Below, in pieces: positions 48,233-50,066 of a stretch of 50,066 bases of DNA. The notes beneath the pieces were generated by a model, which did not search any database, had not been told where the DNA came from, and saw only the letters and a program-made list of their open reading frames with translations. Both the position numbers and the translations under genes were made by a program. Numbering within the stretch: position 1 is the stretch's first letter; the number at the start of each line of letters is the position of its first letter. Source of the DNA: an uncultured Thermococci archaeon (GTDB lineage: Archaea > Methanobacteriota_B > Thermococci > Thermococcales > CAYNOZ01); NCBI GenBank assembly GCA_964436705.1, contig CAYTEI010000003.1:2164-52229 (forward strand), written 5' to 3'.

Positions 48233-49837
48233 TTAAGTTTTTGGGTTTTCTTTATTTTCTTTAATTGTTTCCATTATTGAATTCGTAACCATTTTCCAGC
48301 TGTAATGGTTTTTTGCTATTCTATGTAATTTTTTTCTGTTTTTGTAAGATTTTATTTTTTCTTTATGTTTTATTAGATTTTCAAGATTATTTTCTATTTG
48401 TTTAGTTGTTCTCTTATTTGGATTTAGTTTTATGGTGTTTTCAAGAAAATCTGGTAAATTATTTTTGTCTATTTCTGTTTCCATAGTCTTTATGAAGTCT
48501 TTAAATCCGGAGAAATTCGTTACCATTGGTATTACCCCTGAACTCATTGCTTCAACAGATACAAGGGCGAATGCCTCAGGAGTCTTCGAAGGAGCTACCA
48601 TTACATCACTGAGAGGAAGTAGATACTTCAAAGCTTGATGGTCAGCATACCCAGTAAAAACAACTCTATCACTATAATTAGAACCTTCTAAGAACTCAAG
48701 ATCATCTAAGTTTTCTTTATGTTCTTTATCCCAATCATCATAAGTTCTTATAATTTTCTCATATAGATCCTTATTACCACTAGTTACGGCATGGAACAGT
48801 AGTTCGAAAGGTTCTCTATGACCTCCAAACCCAATCACCATGAATTTCGCTTCAGGATATTTTTTAAGGATCTTTAGAATTGGTATGACTAATTTAAAAA
48901 CTCCTTTAGTATTCAGGATCTTCCCGAGATAAGTTATTACGAAATCATTCTCCATATCCAACTTTGATATTTCATCTGTATCTGAATCCGGCACCATCTT
49001 AGTATATGACCCACTGTAATTCCCAATTATCTTTTCTAGATCTGGATCATCGGTATTAGTGATCTCTTGATATATTTTTTGATTGATATCTTTAGCCCTG
49101 CTTCCTTTATTATTTTTTAGTCGGATTAATTCTTTTTTAGCTTCTTTTAGGTATCTCTTTTTGTTTTTTGGTATTTGAAAACTTTCTACGTTTGTCCCAA
49201 GCGGAATAAGTTTGATCTTATCTGCTTCGAGCTCGGATCCTAGAACTCTCTTTAATTCTGACATTATGTATTCAGAAGGAACTATGATCCTACTTGCATG
49301 ATTTAAACCCTTTAAAGCATACTCAGAATACCTATCAATACCTTGCTTAACTGTAAAAGCAATAGAACTACCATGAACAACACTATAATAACTAAGATCA
49401 GACATATTTAATTTATAAGCAATATAAGGGGACATTACCACATGATTAGTGATTAGATGCCTAAATTCATCTTCTTCCTGAATCCATCTTAATGCCTCAA
49501 CATTTTTTTCTATATAGTTCCTGAGCTCGGCTCCTGTCAACTGGGTAAAAGGCTTTGTCCGGTATTCATCACTTTCATAATCAACATAACAAGGAAGTAA
49601 ATCACCGATCTCAGGCTGATAAACTTTACAGTACCCATCAAAAGAATTTTCTTGCTTACTTACTCGATCCCCTTTTCTGATGAACTCATTTACGAAATCT
49701 AAATCACTGACCTCCGAGTCCTGAGCCATTACGGATACATCATGCCCCATCCGACATAATTCCATAACTAGGTTCTGGACGTAAATATTACTGCCAGTAC
49801 CACTCAAAGAATAACCATGAAAAACTCATAACCTCAT
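48233..49837 (-). pseudogene. Glycosyltransferase family 4 with an in-frame TGA at codon 4 (or a CDS with truncated TTG start at 49807)
   Basis: ATG at 49837 gives MRL*VFHGYSLSGTGSNIYV. GT4 motifs KG, PSKTPEAFALVSVEAMSSG, and YSW are intact downstream. Confidence 0.6.
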
Positions 49838-50066
49838 ATTGAAATGTAAGAACTAATGATTTATAGTATTTTGTCTCTTCTTAAATTTTAAAGTATCTCA
49901 TATAAGGAATAAGGAAAATTCTCTTGATTAAATAAGAAGTATCCCGAAATATTTAAGGATAGAAGCTAATTTATCTAGAATTTTTGCTCTATATAGAAGG
50001 GTTTAAATAATTTGTAAACATATAAGTTAAACATGACACGGAGTAGACGAATTACTGGCATTATAG

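Noticed and set aside
49826-49828. Selenocysteine or genome-wide TGA recoding
   Set aside because: TGA terminates other genes in the window (MBF1, DHH, MPG, crtN), and the position is a structural beta-strand rather than a redox site.

Overview
Archaeal chromosomal segment, AT-rich, with a mostly acidic (Glu/Asp-rich) proteome suggesting a salt-adapted organism. Housekeeping genes (aRF1, ArgS, ProS, PAN, MBF1, NAC, TFB, tRNA-Lys) look euryarchaeal, and several resemble Thermococci by my recollection of those families. Metabolic loci include a sulfate-activation cluster (RHH-sat-DHH-cysC, with a SulP permease nearby), HPS, a form III RuBisCO, an 8-gene MbhA-H/Mrp-type antiporter module with no hydrogenase, and IorAB. 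Most notable is a bacterial-type C30 (4,4'-diapo) carotenoid-acid operon, crtN-ald-[ICMT-family methyltransferase]-crtNb/crtP, which is unexpected in an apparently anaerobic archaeon and carries a candidate carotenoid carboxyl methyltransferase. Also notable are a stand-alone FtsZ C-terminal (T7-loop) domain protein, two disrupted genes (an asparagine synthetase with a ~5-bp deletion and a GT4 glycosyltransferase with an in-frame TGA at codon 4), and alternating A+C-rich and G+T-rich tracts that ignore gene orientation. No CRISPR array, rRNA or transposase was seen. All family assignments come from motif recognition by eye; no database searches were run.
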